Assembly: GCA_963806555.1 (NCBI GenBank)
Contig: CAWDYR010000016.1
Span: forward strand, 98,108 to 162,107
Direction of reading: 5' to 3'
Length of the DNA: 64,000 nt
From: an uncultured Bacteroidales bacterium
GTDB lineage: Bacteria > Bacteroidota > Bacteroidia > Bacteroidales > VadinHA17
Of the stretch, positions 40,812-51,079 are shown piece after piece (position 1 is the stretch's first letter; the number at the start of each line of letters is the position of its first letter). Below the pieces are notes generated by a model. That model saw nothing but the letters and a program-made list of their open reading frames with translations, was not told where the DNA came from and made no database searches. Made by a program: the position numbers and the translations under genes.

Positions 40812-42205
40812 TTATAAGATTTTTCTCTGTGACTCTCGTGCTTCCTCAATGGATCTCTGTGTAACTTAAAATCAGAACTAAAAGAGAGGATCGCAGGGGG
40901 CCCGAGCTCTAAGTCGAGAAGATGAATTACGAGTCCGCTCCTCAGCTTGGGTTCAAACCAGGTTGTTTTTGGAGGCATTATATTTCCCGAATCCGCAATA
41001 TTTATAAGCTGCTTCATCGAAACCGGATAAAGGGCAAATGCGACTTTCATCTCTCCGCTGTCGACCCTTCTCTTAAGCTCATCAAGTCCTCTGATGCCGC
41101 CAATGAAATCAATTCTTTTTGACCGTCTGAGATCCTGGATATCAAGAATCGGTTTAAGTACCTGCTCAGCGAGTATTGTAACATCAAGCACTCCTATCGG
41201 ATCATTGTCGTTATAAGTACCTGGTTTTGCCGACAGGCTGTACCATTTACCTTCGATGTACATTGAAAAGTCATGCAGCTTTTCAGGCTTGTAGATCCGG
41301 GCGCCTTTCTCATTAACAACAAATCCCTTGGAGAGTCTTGAAAGAAACTCATCCACAGTAAGACCATTAAGGTCTTTCACGGTGCGGTTATAGTCCATGA
41401 TCCTCAGCTGGTTGTCGGGGAAATGCACGGCTAAAAAATAATTGAACTCCTCGGTACCCTTATACCCGGGGCTCTTTTCCCGCTTCTCTTTGCCAACAAG
41501 CGCTGCCGCAGCGGTGCGATGATGACCGTCGGCAACATAGGTAAACGGAACTTTTTCTGCAAAAAGCTTTTCAATCAGTCTGTTTGTATCCTGGTTTTTT
41601 ACTACCCAGAAATGATGTCCGATACCGTCGTCGGCGACAAAGTCATATTCCGGCTTCTCGCTAAGAACTATTGAGTTGACGATATCATCGATCTCTTTTA
41701 CTGCCGGATAGGTGAAGAAAACAGGTTCAATATTTGCATTATTGACTCTGACATGGATCATGCGGTCCTGTTCTTTATCAGGCCTGGTAAGTTCATGTTT
41801 TTTTATGATCCCGTTCAGATAATCATCTACTGAAGCGCATCCGGCAATTCCATACTGTGTCCTGCCCTGCATGGTCTGGGCATAGATATAAAAATGAGGC
41901 TCCTGATCCTGTTTCAGCCAGCCTTTTTTCTGCCACAAAGCAAAATTATCAACTGATTTCTTATAAACTTCTTCAGAATGAACGTCCGTACCGGGAGGAA
42001 GATCGATCTCTGAACGTGTAATATGAAGAAGAGAACACTCCTTGCCCTTTGCCATTTTCATTGCCTCCTCAGTATTCATTACATCGTAAGGCAGGCATGC
42101 CAGATCCCTGGCAATATCATGGGGAGGTCTTAACCCCCTGAAAGGTTTGACAACAGCCATCTTATTTCTACTTATATTCCAAGTATTTTTATTTATTTCT
42201 GTCAC
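40754..42205 (-). CDS. DUF1015 domain-containing protein (real start probably 42160; 3' end uncertain)
   Basis: MAVVKPFRGLRPPHDIA... is the usual DUF1015 N-terminus. Homology-like sequence ends around ..TWFEPKLRSGLVIHLLD (about 40900). The remaining roughly 45 codons overlap yggS and look like read-through. Confidence 0.7.
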   Translation of the reverse strand: MTEINKNTWNISRNKMAVVKPFRGLRPPHDIARDLACLPYDVMNTEEAMKMAKGKECSLLHITRSEIDLPPGTDVHSEEVYKKSVDNFALWQKKGWLKQDQEPHFYIYAQTMQGRTQYGIAGCASVDDYLNGIIKKHELTRPDKEQDRMIHVRVNNANIEPVFFTYPAVKEIDDIVNSIVLSEKPEYDFVADDGIGHHFWVVKNQDTNRLIEKLFAEKVPFTYVADGHHRTAAAALVGKEKREKSPGYKGTEEFNYFLAVHFPDNQLRIMDYNRTVKDLNGLTVDEFLSRLSKGFVVNEKGARIYKPEKLHDFSMYIEGKWYSLSAKPGTYNDNDPIGVLDVTILAEQVLKPILDIQDLRRSKRIDFIGGIRGLDELKRRVDSGEMKVAFALYPVSMKQLINIADSGNIMPPKTTWFEPKLRSGLVIHLLDLELGPPAILSFSSDFKLHRDPLRKHESHREKSYKWLKLLQISDYSKNSCLLL

Positions 42206-43131
42206 TTTTGTTTATTAATCTGAATTTTTCGATTTCCGGTTTTGAAAAAGTCAATTATCTGATGGGCTGCCGCCACGCCTGCATTCATGTTTGCTTCTTC
42301 GGTCTGGGCTCCCATCTTTTTCGCCGTAAAAATAAATCTTCCCTTGTACTTTTCCTCAAAAACAGCTTTACAATCGGGTTCAATATCTGCAAGGTATCTG
42401 AAGTCGGGACGTTCTTCAAAAATTTTCAGACAGATCATCTTCGTTAATAATCTCCTTCCGGGCTGTATTGATAAGAACAGCATCATCAGGCATTCTTTTT
42501 AACAGGTCGTACCCTATGGATTTATCTGTTATGTCATTGGCAGGCAGATGAAGTGAAACATAACGGCATTTTGAATACAATTCTTCAGCCCTCCAGCACA
42601 CCTTGACTCCTGAGGCTCTGATTACTTCGCCCGGTACAAAAGGATCGTAGGCATACGTATCCATGCCAAATCCCTTTGCAATTCCCGCAACAAATTTTCC
42701 GACATTTCCAAAAGCATGGACACCCATAGTCTTCCCCCTGAGTTCCGTATCCTGATTTACCGCTAAATCCCTGCCGTGCATGGTAGAGCATTAACTCAAA
42801 CACCAAGTTCTGCGACTGCATTTGAATTCTGGCCGGGAGTATTCATTGCCACCACATTATGTGCGGTGCAGGCATCAAGATCCAGGTTATCATACCCGGC
42901 GCCTGCCCTTACTACTATTTTCAGTTTTGTGGCAACATCCAGAATTTCCGGATTAACAATATCGCTGCGTACAATCAAAGCATCGGCATCAGTTACGGCT
43001 GAAAGTAATTCAGAAGTACTCTTGTAGTTTTCAAGGAGACGAAATTTATAGCCTGCTGATTCAACAATCAGACGTATCTGTTTAACAGCCACGGGGGCAA
43101 ACGCTTTTTCAGTTGCAACAAGTATCTTCAT
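42202..43131 (-). pseudogene. serA: D-3-phosphoglycerate dehydrogenase (2-hydroxyacid dehydrogenase family), 2 frameshifts
   Basis: ORFs 42796-43131 (..VVRAGAGYDNLD..), 42416-42781 (GKTMGVHAFGNVG, NAD site) and 42202-42486 are collinear. The start overlaps the serC stop by 4 bp. Confidence 0.8.
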
Positions 43132-44199
43132 GATGCTGCTTCAAATTCCTTCATAGTGTCGACCAGCGCTTTAACACTCTCTGCCGGAAGGGCATTATAT
43201 GTTGAAGCCCGGAAACCACCCACAGACCTGTGACCTTCAATACCAAGCATCCCTTTTGATTTTGCAAACTCGGCAAATGGTTTTTCAAGCTCTTTGTAAC
43301 CATCGGCCATAACGAAACAGATATTCATAAGCGAACGGTCGTCCGGATCTTTGATCGTAGGAACAAAAAGCCTGTTCCTCTCAATTTCATCATAAAGCAT
43401 TTTTGCCTTTTCAATATTTCTCTTCTGGATTGCCTTAACACCACCCAGATCCTTCAGCCAGTGCAGTGTCTGTTGTGCGGCAAATACTGGCAAAGACAGG
43501 CGGAGTGTTGAACATTGATTCTGCCTTGATATGCGTCCTGTAGTCGAGCATCGTCGGAATCGGACGTGTTACCTTACCCAGAACATCATCTTTAATGATG
43601 ACCAATGTTACTCCTGCCGGAGCCAGATTTTTCTGTGCACCTGCATAAATAAGGGAGTATTTCGATACATCAACCGGACGGCTGAAAATATCGGATGACA
43701 TGTCTGCCACAAGCGGAATCGTAACATCCGGATCTTTTTTCAGTTCGGTTCCATAAATTGTGTTGTTTGTTGTAATATGGAAATAGTCGGCATCGGAAGG
43801 AACGGTATAGTTCTTTGGAATAAAGTTGTAAAGCTTATCCTTTGAAGAGGCAACTTCAACAACTTCTCCGTATAATTTAGCCTCTTTCAGAGCCTTATTA
43901 GCCCATTCGCCCGTATTCAGGTATGCTGACTTTTTATTCATCATGTTCATCGGGACCATTGCAAACTGAAGACTGGCGCCACCCCCCAGAAAGATCACCT
44001 GGTATCCGGCCGGTATCTCAAGCAATTCCTTGACAAGGGCAATTGTATCGTTCATACATGCAACAAATTCCTTGCTGCGGTGCGAAATCTCCAGGACAGA
44101 CAGGCCTGATCCGGCAAAATCCCTGATTCCTTCAATTGTTTTATCAATCGTGTACTGGGGAAGAATTGAAGGGCCTGCGTAAAAGTTGTGTTTTTTCAT
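43128..44199 (-). pseudogene. serC: phosphoserine aminotransferase, one frameshift near 43440-43490
   Basis: [18 protein letters not shown]... (ORF 43435-44199) plus ..[17 protein letters not shown].. (ORF 43128-43493). Confidence 0.88.
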
Positions 44200-44277
44200 G
44201 ATGAATATGTTTTAATTTTAAGTGTTAATGACATGTCTTGCAAAAGATAATCAAAAATTGATCGTATTGTTAATTAT

Positions 44278-45021
44278 TTAACACATGATCAGATCAAACT
44301 GTAAAGAGCCATCGACAAGGATGCCATCCCGTATTAACGGAATTTTATCAGTAAAATCAGGAGTAAGGCAGAATTCGATGCAGTCATCAAGCCCCTTATC
44401 CCTCAGTCTTGAGCGTTGAGCGACCTTTTCAATGTATGTCATCATTTCGTCTTTTGCCATTGACCACAAGTCAACAGAAGCAAGTGTCGAATCGCATATT
44501 GTTGAATATAAAGATGTTTCCAGTAGCTTGCCTGCAATGGCCCCTGCACAGAGGGTATCTTCAAGGTTAAACCTGTTTTTCCAGCCGGCGCAAAACAGAA
44601 TGACATTTTTGTCCCGGTCTGCAATCCATCTGACAAGCGAACTTAAATTAAGAAAGGAACCAATTACAATATTACCGGCATTCGAGGCCTGGTTAATAAT
44701 CCCGGTTCCGTTGGTGGTGCTGTAGACAATAGTCTTTCCGGCAACTTTCTCACGGGTAAAATTGAAAGGTGAATTCCCGAAATCAGCAAAATCAAGGACA
44801 TAACCGTCACGCTCGGCGGCCACAAGGTATCCTTTGCTTTTATAATTCCTTGCTTCCTCTATAGTTCCAACAGGGATAATTGAAGCTGCCCCGTTCTCAA
44901 AAGCAGTGCAAATTGCGGAAGTAGCCCTCAGGATATCGATAATTACAACTATTGAATCATAATGCCCTTCAGTTTCGTAAAGGGCAGGTGAGAAACAAGT
45001 TTCAAGCTTTCTTTTGATCAT
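44278..45021 (-). CDS. 2-phosphosulfolactate phosphatase (ComB) family protein
   Basis: Intact 247 aa. The motif VVIIDILRATSAICTAFENGA...AAERDG is typical of the ComB family. Confidence 0.7.
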   Translation of the reverse strand: MIKRKLETCFSPALYETEGHYDSIVVIIDILRATSAICTAFENGAASIIPVGTIEEARNYKSKGYLVAAERDGYVLDFADFGNSPFNFTREKVAGKTIVYSTTNGTGIINQASNAGNIVIGSFLNLSSLVRWIADRDKNVILFCAGWKNRFNLEDTLCAGAIAGKLLETSLYSTICDSTLASVDLWSMAKDEMMTYIEKVAQRSRLRDKGLDDCIEFCLTPDFTDKIPLIRDGILVDGSLQFDLIMC

Positions 45022-45043
45022 CCCTGTTTATTAGACAAATTAG

Positions 45044-45178
45044 TCCGTTTTATCTGCGTTAACCTGCCTGCCGGCAGGCAGGTCTGCGAAATCTGCGGGA
45101 AAACAAATTAATCCACTTTATCTGCGTTAACCTTCCTACCGGCAGGCAGGTCTGCAAAATCTGCGGAAAAAAATATCC
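45044..45178. repeat. two tandem 68/67-bp units containing a 22-bp palindrome and CTGCG words
   Basis: Unit 1 is 45044-45111 and unit 2 is 45112-45178. Unit 1 holds the perfect palindrome acctgcctgcc/ggcaggcaggt (45062-45083), followed by tCTGCGaaatCTGCGGGaaaac. The repeat lies between the gcvT stop and the ComB-like start. Confidence 0.85.
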
Positions 45179-46288
45179 TTAACTTTTATTATATATCGGC
45201 AGGTTAACCACCTTTGCTTTCAGATCTTTATTTCTTATCCGGATAAAAATCTCACTGTCAGGTTCCCAATAGCCTTTTGGAAGATAAGCCATTCCGATGC
45301 CCTGCTTCATCATAGGCGACATGGTTCCTGAGGTTACCTCCCCTATTACCACTCCCTTTGCATCCACAACCTCATAATGCTGCCGCGGGATACCCCGGTC
45401 GATCATTACGAAACCCTTCAGCCTTCTTGAAACACCCTCCTCCTTTTGCTTAAACAGCAGATCTTTATCAATAAAATCCTTGTAATCGGCAAATTTGGTG
45501 ATCCATCCCAGTCCGGCTTCAATTGGTGAAGTCTGGTCGTTGATATCATTACCGTAGAGGCAATAGCCCATTTCAAGGCGTAATGTATCCCTTGCCCCCA
45601 GGCCTATAGGTTTGATATCAAATTCCTTCCCGGCTTCAAAGACAGCTTTCCACAGAGCCGGACCATCTTCATTCCTTACATAAATCTCACATCCTCCTGC
45701 TCCGGTATAACCGGTTGTTGAGAAGATGACATCTTTTATGCCGGCAAATTCAATTATTTTAAAGGTGTAGTATTCCATATCCTCAATGGTTGAGGCGGTA
45801 AGCTTCTGCATTGCCCTTAATGCCAGCGGACCCTGAACAGCCAGCTGGGCAATTTCATCTGAAACGTTTATAAGATCGCGGCCTGTGATAACCCCGAATT
45901 TACGGGCGTTCAAAACACACCAGTTCCAGTCTTTTTCAATATTTGCCGCATTTACAACAAGCAGGTATTTTTCGTTGTTGAACCTGTAAACAAGGAGATC
46001 ATCGACGATACCACCTTTGCTGTTTGGGAAACATGAGTACTGGATTTTCCCGTCAACCAGTGCGGATACATCATTTGAAGTTATATACTGAAGGTAATTA
46101 AGCGCTGACGGGCCGGTAACCCAGAATTCACCCATATGAGAAACGTCGAAGACGCCAACACCCTCACGCACTGTTATATGCTCCATTGTTATACCGGTAT
46201 ACTCAACCGGCATGTTGTAGCCGGCAAAAGGAACCATTTTGGCTCCTGCTTCCTCGTGGAATTTTGTAAAAGCTGTGTTCTTCATCAA
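45179..46288 (-). CDS. gcvT: glycine cleavage system aminomethyltransferase (T protein)
   Basis: Intact 369 aa with [23 protein letters not shown] and ARDTLRLE motifs. Confidence 0.92.
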   Translation of the reverse strand: MMKNTAFTKFHEEAGAKMVPFAGYNMPVEYTGITMEHITVREGVGVFDVSHMGEFWVTGPSALNYLQYITSNDVSALVDGKIQYSCFPNSKGGIVDDLLVYRFNNEKYLLVVNAANIEKDWNWCVLNARKFGVITGRDLINVSDEIAQLAVQGPLALRAMQKLTASTIEDMEYYTFKIIEFAGIKDVIFSTTGYTGAGGCEIYVRNEDGPALWKAVFEAGKEFDIKPIGLGARDTLRLEMGYCLYGNDINDQTSPIEAGLGWITKFADYKDFIDKDLLFKQKEEGVSRRLKGFVMIDRGIPRQHYEVVDAKGVVIGEVTSGTMSPMMKQGIGMAYLPKGYWEPDSEIFIRIRNKDLKAKVVNLPIYNKS

Positions 46289-46477
46289 TTATATGGCTTC
46301 AACCTGGTCTGCAAAGAACCCAAAGTTTTTTGTCTTTAAGTCTGATTATTGTCAGAGTTCAGGTAAATTCTGATTTCCAGATTATTTTAACTGCATAAAA
46401 TTAGAATATATTTCCCTATTACAAAAGAATTGGTTTTAACAAGTTATTTATAGCCAGACAGGAGAATAAAATTTTAC

Positions 46478-46485
46478 TATATTTG
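46478..46485 (+). promoter_or_regulatory. candidate -7 box TAtaTTTG upstream of the Hpt/STAS pair
   Basis: TAnnTTTG match 48 bp before ATG 46533. Confidence 0.35.
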
Positions 46486-46532
46486 TTAGACACTAAGTAC
46501 CTTGTGTATAGAAAAGGACCAACCTATTCACT

Positions 46533-46883
46533 ATGGATTATAAATTCATAAAGACAGACTACCTTGAAATGGTTGCAAGTGGAGATAATGAACTTGTTAA
46601 GGAGCTGGTAATAATGTTCAGGGAGCAGGTAACAGAGATGTATTCTGAGATGAAAACACATCTTACAAATAAGGATTATCAGGCCCTGGGTCTTCTGGCT
46701 CATAAAGCAAAAACCTCTGTTGCAATCATGGGAATGGATGATCTTGCTGAAATACTTAAAAACTTCGAACTTCAGGCAAAAGAGGGAAAGGATCCGCAGG
46801 AATATGAATCGTATATCGACAGGTTTGGAGATGACACTAAATCGGCATTGGTTGAGCTTGATACTCTGATTAATAAATTATAA
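46533..46883 (+). CDS. Hpt (histidine phosphotransfer) domain protein
   Basis: Intact 116 aa. LGLLAHKAKTSVAIMG resembles the Hpt H-K-[LA]-K-[GS]-S phosphohistidine motif in a four-helix context. Confidence 0.55.
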   Translation: MDYKFIKTDYLEMVASGDNELVKELVIMFREQVTEMYSEMKTHLTNKDYQALGLLAHKAKTSVAIMGMDDLAEILKNFELQAKEGKDPQEYESYIDRFGDDTKSALVELDTLINKL

Positions 46884-46895
46884 AACCCGGCTGAA

Positions 46896-47231
46896 ATGAT
46901 CAATATTGAAAGAAGAGGCAAGATTGACATCATTACTTTCACGGTCAACAAGATAAATGCTACTACAATTGATGAGATAAAGGAAGGTGTAACGAAGGCG
47001 TTCGAAAATCCCAACTCCAAAGTCATTATTGACCTGAAAGGTGTTGAATATATCGACAGTTCAGGCTTTGCCTGGTTCCTCTCGCTTCACAAGGCTGCCA
47101 AGAACAATTTTGGCATGTTAAAATTTGCTAATCCCGAGCCCAGGGCAACAGAGCTTTTCCATACCCTTCACCTTCACACCGTCTTTGAGATTTTTGATGA
47201 TCTGGAAGCGTGTATACGGTCATTCAGATAA
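46896..47231 (+). CDS. STAS-domain anti-sigma-factor antagonist-like protein
   Basis: Intact 111 aa. VIIDLKGVEYIDSSGFAWFLSLHK contains the conserved D-S-S-G phospho-serine region. Confidence 0.75.
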   Translation: MINIERRGKIDIITFTVNKINATTIDEIKEGVTKAFENPNSKVIIDLKGVEYIDSSGFAWFLSLHKAAKNNFGMLKFANPEPRATELFHTLHLHTVFEIFDDLEACIRSFR

Positions 47232-47254
47232 AGAAATCCGTAAACTGGACCGAA

Positions 47255-47294
47255 GAACCCACCCCCGACCCCTCCGAGGAGGGGAGCCGAAGAG
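47255..47294 (+). repeat. 40-bp hairpin element AACCCACCCCCGACCCCTCCGAGGAGGGGAGCCGAAGAG (copy 1, 3' of clpB)
   Basis: It has a CCCCTCC/GGAGGGG hairpin preceded by a C-rich tract. A direct copy lies at 50121-50161 and an inverted copy at 50040-50072. Confidence 0.8.
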
Positions 47295-47330
47295 AAAAAT
47301 CCAACTCTCAGAATAACTCTTTTAATTTAT

Positions 47331-49932
47331 TTAATCGCCTTTCTTACTTGTAAACCGGAGGTGGTCCTTTTCCACATCTATTAATACAGTCTCTTCCCTG
47401 AGGATCTTACCTGCAATTATCTCTTTTGACAACTCATTAACTATTGCCTTCTGTATAAGTCTTTTTACCGGACGTGCACCCGACTGGGGATCATACCCCT
47501 GATTTGCCAGCCAGTCGATCGCCTCCTCAGAAACTTCAAGCTGCATATCGTTATTCTCAAGCATCTTCTTCAGGTTATCGAGCTGAATTCTGACTATTTC
47601 CCTTATCTGATTGAGGTCTAACGGTCTGAACATAACGATTTCATCCACCCTGTTAAGAAATTCAGGTCTTAATGATCTTCTCAGCAGCATGAATATGTCT
47701 TTCCTCAGCTGTTCAGTCTCTGCTTCAGGCATGTTATTCTTCCATTTTTCCATCCTGTCCCTGATAATGTCAGAGCCAAGGTTGGAGGTCATTATTATAA
47801 TAACATTCCTGAAGTTGACGGTTCGTCCCTTGTTATCGGTAAGCCGGCCGTCATCAAGCACCTGGAGAAGCAGGTTAAAAAGATCGGGGTGTGCCTTTTC
47901 AATTTCATCAAGCAGAACGACTGAATATGGTTTATGCCTTACAGCCTCAGTCAGCTGACCACCCTCCTCATATCCGATATATCCCGGAGGGGCGCCTATA
48001 AGTCTGGATACAGAATGTCTCTCCTGGTACTCCGACATATCGATACGGGTCAGGAGGTTTTCATCATTGAACAGGAATCCGGCAAGAGCCTTGGCAAGCT
48101 CAGTTTTCCCAACGCCTGTTGAGCCGATGAAGATAAAGGAGCCTACCGGCTTTTTCTGATCCTGAAGTCCTGCCCTGGATCTCCTCACTGCATCAGCCAC
48201 TGCGCTGATTGCCTCATCCTGTCCCACAACCCTCTTGTGAAGCTCATCTTCCAGCCTGAGGAGTTTCTCTTTTTCGCTTTCAAGCATCCTCGTCACCGGA
48301 ATGCCTGTCCACCTTGAAACAATTTCTGCAATTTCTTCCGATCTCACCTCTTCCTGCACCAATGACCCCTTGCTCCTTTTCTTTTCAATTTTATCCTTCA
48401 GTCCGGAAATCTCTTTTTCCATCTCTATTATTTTTCCATAACGGATTTCGGCAACCTTACCATAATCCCCCTTTCGTTCAGCTTCATCGGCTTCAAACCT
48501 CAGGGTTTCAACCTGTTCCTTTTTATCCTGAACATTTTCTATCATCTCCTTCTCTGATTTCCAGGCAGCCATCAGCTCATCTTTTTTTGACTGCAGATCA
48601 GCAAGCTCTTTTGAGATCTGCTGTTCCTTAATGGTATCCCCATCCCTGCGGATAGCTTCCCTCTCAATTTCCAGGCGTGTTATTGCACGGGTGGTTTCGT
48701 CAATCTCTTCGGGAACTGAATTCATTTCCAGACGCAATCGTGAAGCAGCCTCATCAATCAGGTCAATCGCCTTATCAGGCAGGAAGCGATCGGTAATGTA
48801 ACGTGTTGAAAGATCAACGGCTGCAATTATTGCTTCATCCCTGATTATAACCTTGTGATGGGTTTCATATTTCTCACGCACTCCCCTCAGGATGGAGATT
48901 GAGTCTTCCCTTCCCGGTTCATCAACTATCACGACCTGAAATCTTCGTTCCAAGGGCTTTATCCTTTTCGAAATACTTCTGGTATTCATTAATTGTTGTT
49001 GCTCCTATAGCCCGAAGTTCGCCACGGGCAAGAGCAGGCTTAAGTATGTTGGCTGCATCCATGGCTCCCTCCGATTTACCGGCGCCGACAAGGGTATGAA
49101 TCTCATCTATAAAAAGAATAATCTCACCATCTGATGCAATAACCTCATTCACAACCGATTTAAGTCTTTCTTCAAACTCGCCTTTATATTTTGCTCCCGC
49201 AATGAGGGCGCCCATATCGAGCGAATAAATGGTTTTCGATTTAAGGTCCTCCGGCACATCGCCCCTTACTATGCGGTGTGCAATACCTTCTGCGATAGCT
49301 GTCTTTCCCACTCCCGGCTCCCCAATCATTATAGGATTGTTTTTTGTCCTCCGTGTGAGGATCTGAAGTATACGCCGTATCTCATCATCCCTCCCTACAA
49401 CGGGATCAAGCTTACCGGACCTTGCACGTTCATTCAGGTTTATGGCATACCGGTTAAGGGAATTAAATGACTCTTCCGATGTCGGATTTTCGACAGTTGC
49501 ACCTTTTCTCAATTCGCTTACAGCCGCCCTGAGGTCTTTCATTGTAACTCCGTAGTCCTTAAGGATCTGGGATGCTTCATCAGAAGTGTCAAGGATGCCC
49601 ATCAGAATATGCTCGGTGGTGACAAATTTGTCTTTCATCTTTGAGGCGTTGTCATTGGCTTTACGAATGGCTTCTGTAGCGCCTGCTGAAAGGTAGGTTT
49701 CACCCCCCGTTACTCTTGGATAAGTGTCAATCAGCTTCTCAACGTCTGTCAAAACAACATTGGTGCTGACACCCATCTTTCCCAGCAGCCATTCGGTTGT
49801 ATTTTCAGCCTCGCTCAGAACTCCATGAAGTAAATGGGCACACTCGACTGCCTGCTGTCCTTTTGCACTGGCAATATTAAATGCCTGCTGGACTGATTCC
49901 TGGGCTTTAAGGGTGAAGTTATTCAGATTCAT
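47331..49932 (-). pseudogene. clpB: ATP-dependent chaperone ClpB, one frameshift near 48950
   Basis: [12 protein letters not shown] starts at ATG 49932. Both AAA+ modules are present ([10 protein letters not shown]; GSTGVGKTELAKAL). ..KYFEKDKAL|[12 protein letters not shown] is restored by deleting one base of the CC pair at 48950-48951. Confidence 0.92.
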
Positions 49933-50039
49933 GTCTATGTCATTTGTTTCAAGATACAACAATTTTACTGCCAGCTGAATTATTTGTCGTTTTGGCATCA
50001 TTCCGGGGGGATTGGATGTCAATATGGCTGCTCCCCTCC

Positions 50040-50072
50040 TGGGAGGGGCCGGGGGTGGGTTTGTCTTCCTGA
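50040..50072 (-). repeat. inverted copy of the clpB-flanking hairpin element
   Basis: gctcccctcctgggaggggccgggggtgggtt is the reverse complement of aacccacccccggcccctcccaggaggggagc. It lies in the clpB leader/upstream region. Confidence 0.75.
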
Positions 50073-50120
50073 CTTGAAAAAAACCGTACCAAATCCTTCA
50101 GCGAGGGGAATATAAGAATT

Positions 50121-50161
50121 GAACCCACCCCCAACCCCTCCGGAGGAGGGGAGCCGAAGAG
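50121..50161 (+). repeat. direct copy of the clpB-flanking hairpin element (5' side of clpB)
   Basis: gaacccacccccaacccctccggaggaggggagccgaagag is nearly identical to 47255-47294. Confidence 0.8.
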
Positions 50162-50314
50162 AAGAACCCTTCCCTCAGGATATTCTTATTGACAAAAAAG
50201 GAAAAATATATAACAGATGGTCGGGTCGAAAAAGAAATTATGTTCCTATGATTCCGTATCAGGTGAAGGACTTTGCGTTTAAATAAAACGGTATCTTTAA
50301 AGAAAAAAAGCCGA

Positions 50315-50902
50315 ATGAGCAAACTTCTCTGGAAACCCGGAACAATGATCTATCCGTTACCCGCTGTAATGGTTAGCTGCGGCGCCACACCGGAAGAATA
50401 TAACATACTTACCATAAGCTGGACAGGAACGATCTGCACCGATCCTCCCATGTGTTATATTTCAGTCAGACCGTCAAGGCATTCTTACGGGATCATAAAG
50501 AAAAACGGCGATTTCGTTATAAACCTGACGACAAAAAAGCTGGCCTTTGCAACTGACTGGTGCGGTGTTAAATCAGGAGCTGAGCATAATAAATTCAAAG
50601 AGATGGAACTTACTCCTGTTGCCGCGACAAAAGTTAAGGCGCCAATGATAATGGAATCGCCTGTAAATATAGAGTGTGTTGTAAAGGAGATAAAAGAACT
50701 GGGAACTCATCACATGTTCATTTCAGAAGTAGTAGCTGTAAATGCGGAAAAAGAACTGTTTGATGAAAAGACAGGCGTTTTCAGGTTATTTGACGCTAAT
50801 CCTATATGCTACTCTCACGGCAAATATTTTGAAACCGGCAATTTAATAGGGAAATTCGGGTTCTCTGTTGAAAAGAAGAATGCCAGGAACAGGAAAAAAT
50901 AG
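50315..50902 (+). CDS. flavin reductase-like (FMN-binding split-barrel) protein
   Basis: MSKLLWKPGTMIYPLPAVMVSCG...YNILTISWTG starts at ATG 50315, inside track ORF 50273-50902. Confidence 0.7.
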   Translation: MSKLLWKPGTMIYPLPAVMVSCGATPEEYNILTISWTGTICTDPPMCYISVRPSRHSYGIIKKNGDFVINLTTKKLAFATDWCGVKSGAEHNKFKEMELTPVAATKVKAPMIMESPVNIECVVKEIKELGTHHMFISEVVAVNAEKELFDEKTGVFRLFDANPICYSHGKYFETGNLIGKFGFSVEKKNARNRKK

Positions 50903-51079
50903 TACCTGATTGTTGAAAACTTGCATTATTTAGTTACTATCAAATACTTAAATTCAGCTGTTAATAACTTAACAGAACTCCTGGAGAAATACCGGTATTG
51001 AAATTAGTCTGAAAAGGTCTGTAGACCAGCCTTGTGAATGTCTTTCGCCAGTTGTGACTGTTGTAACTGATTATTTGCG

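Noticed and set aside
46289-46532. A glycine riboswitch upstream of gcvT
   Set aside because: I could not find the conserved GGAGAG...CACCG...CTCAGGCA-type cores on the minus strand of this AT-rich spacer. I make no call without a covariance-model search.
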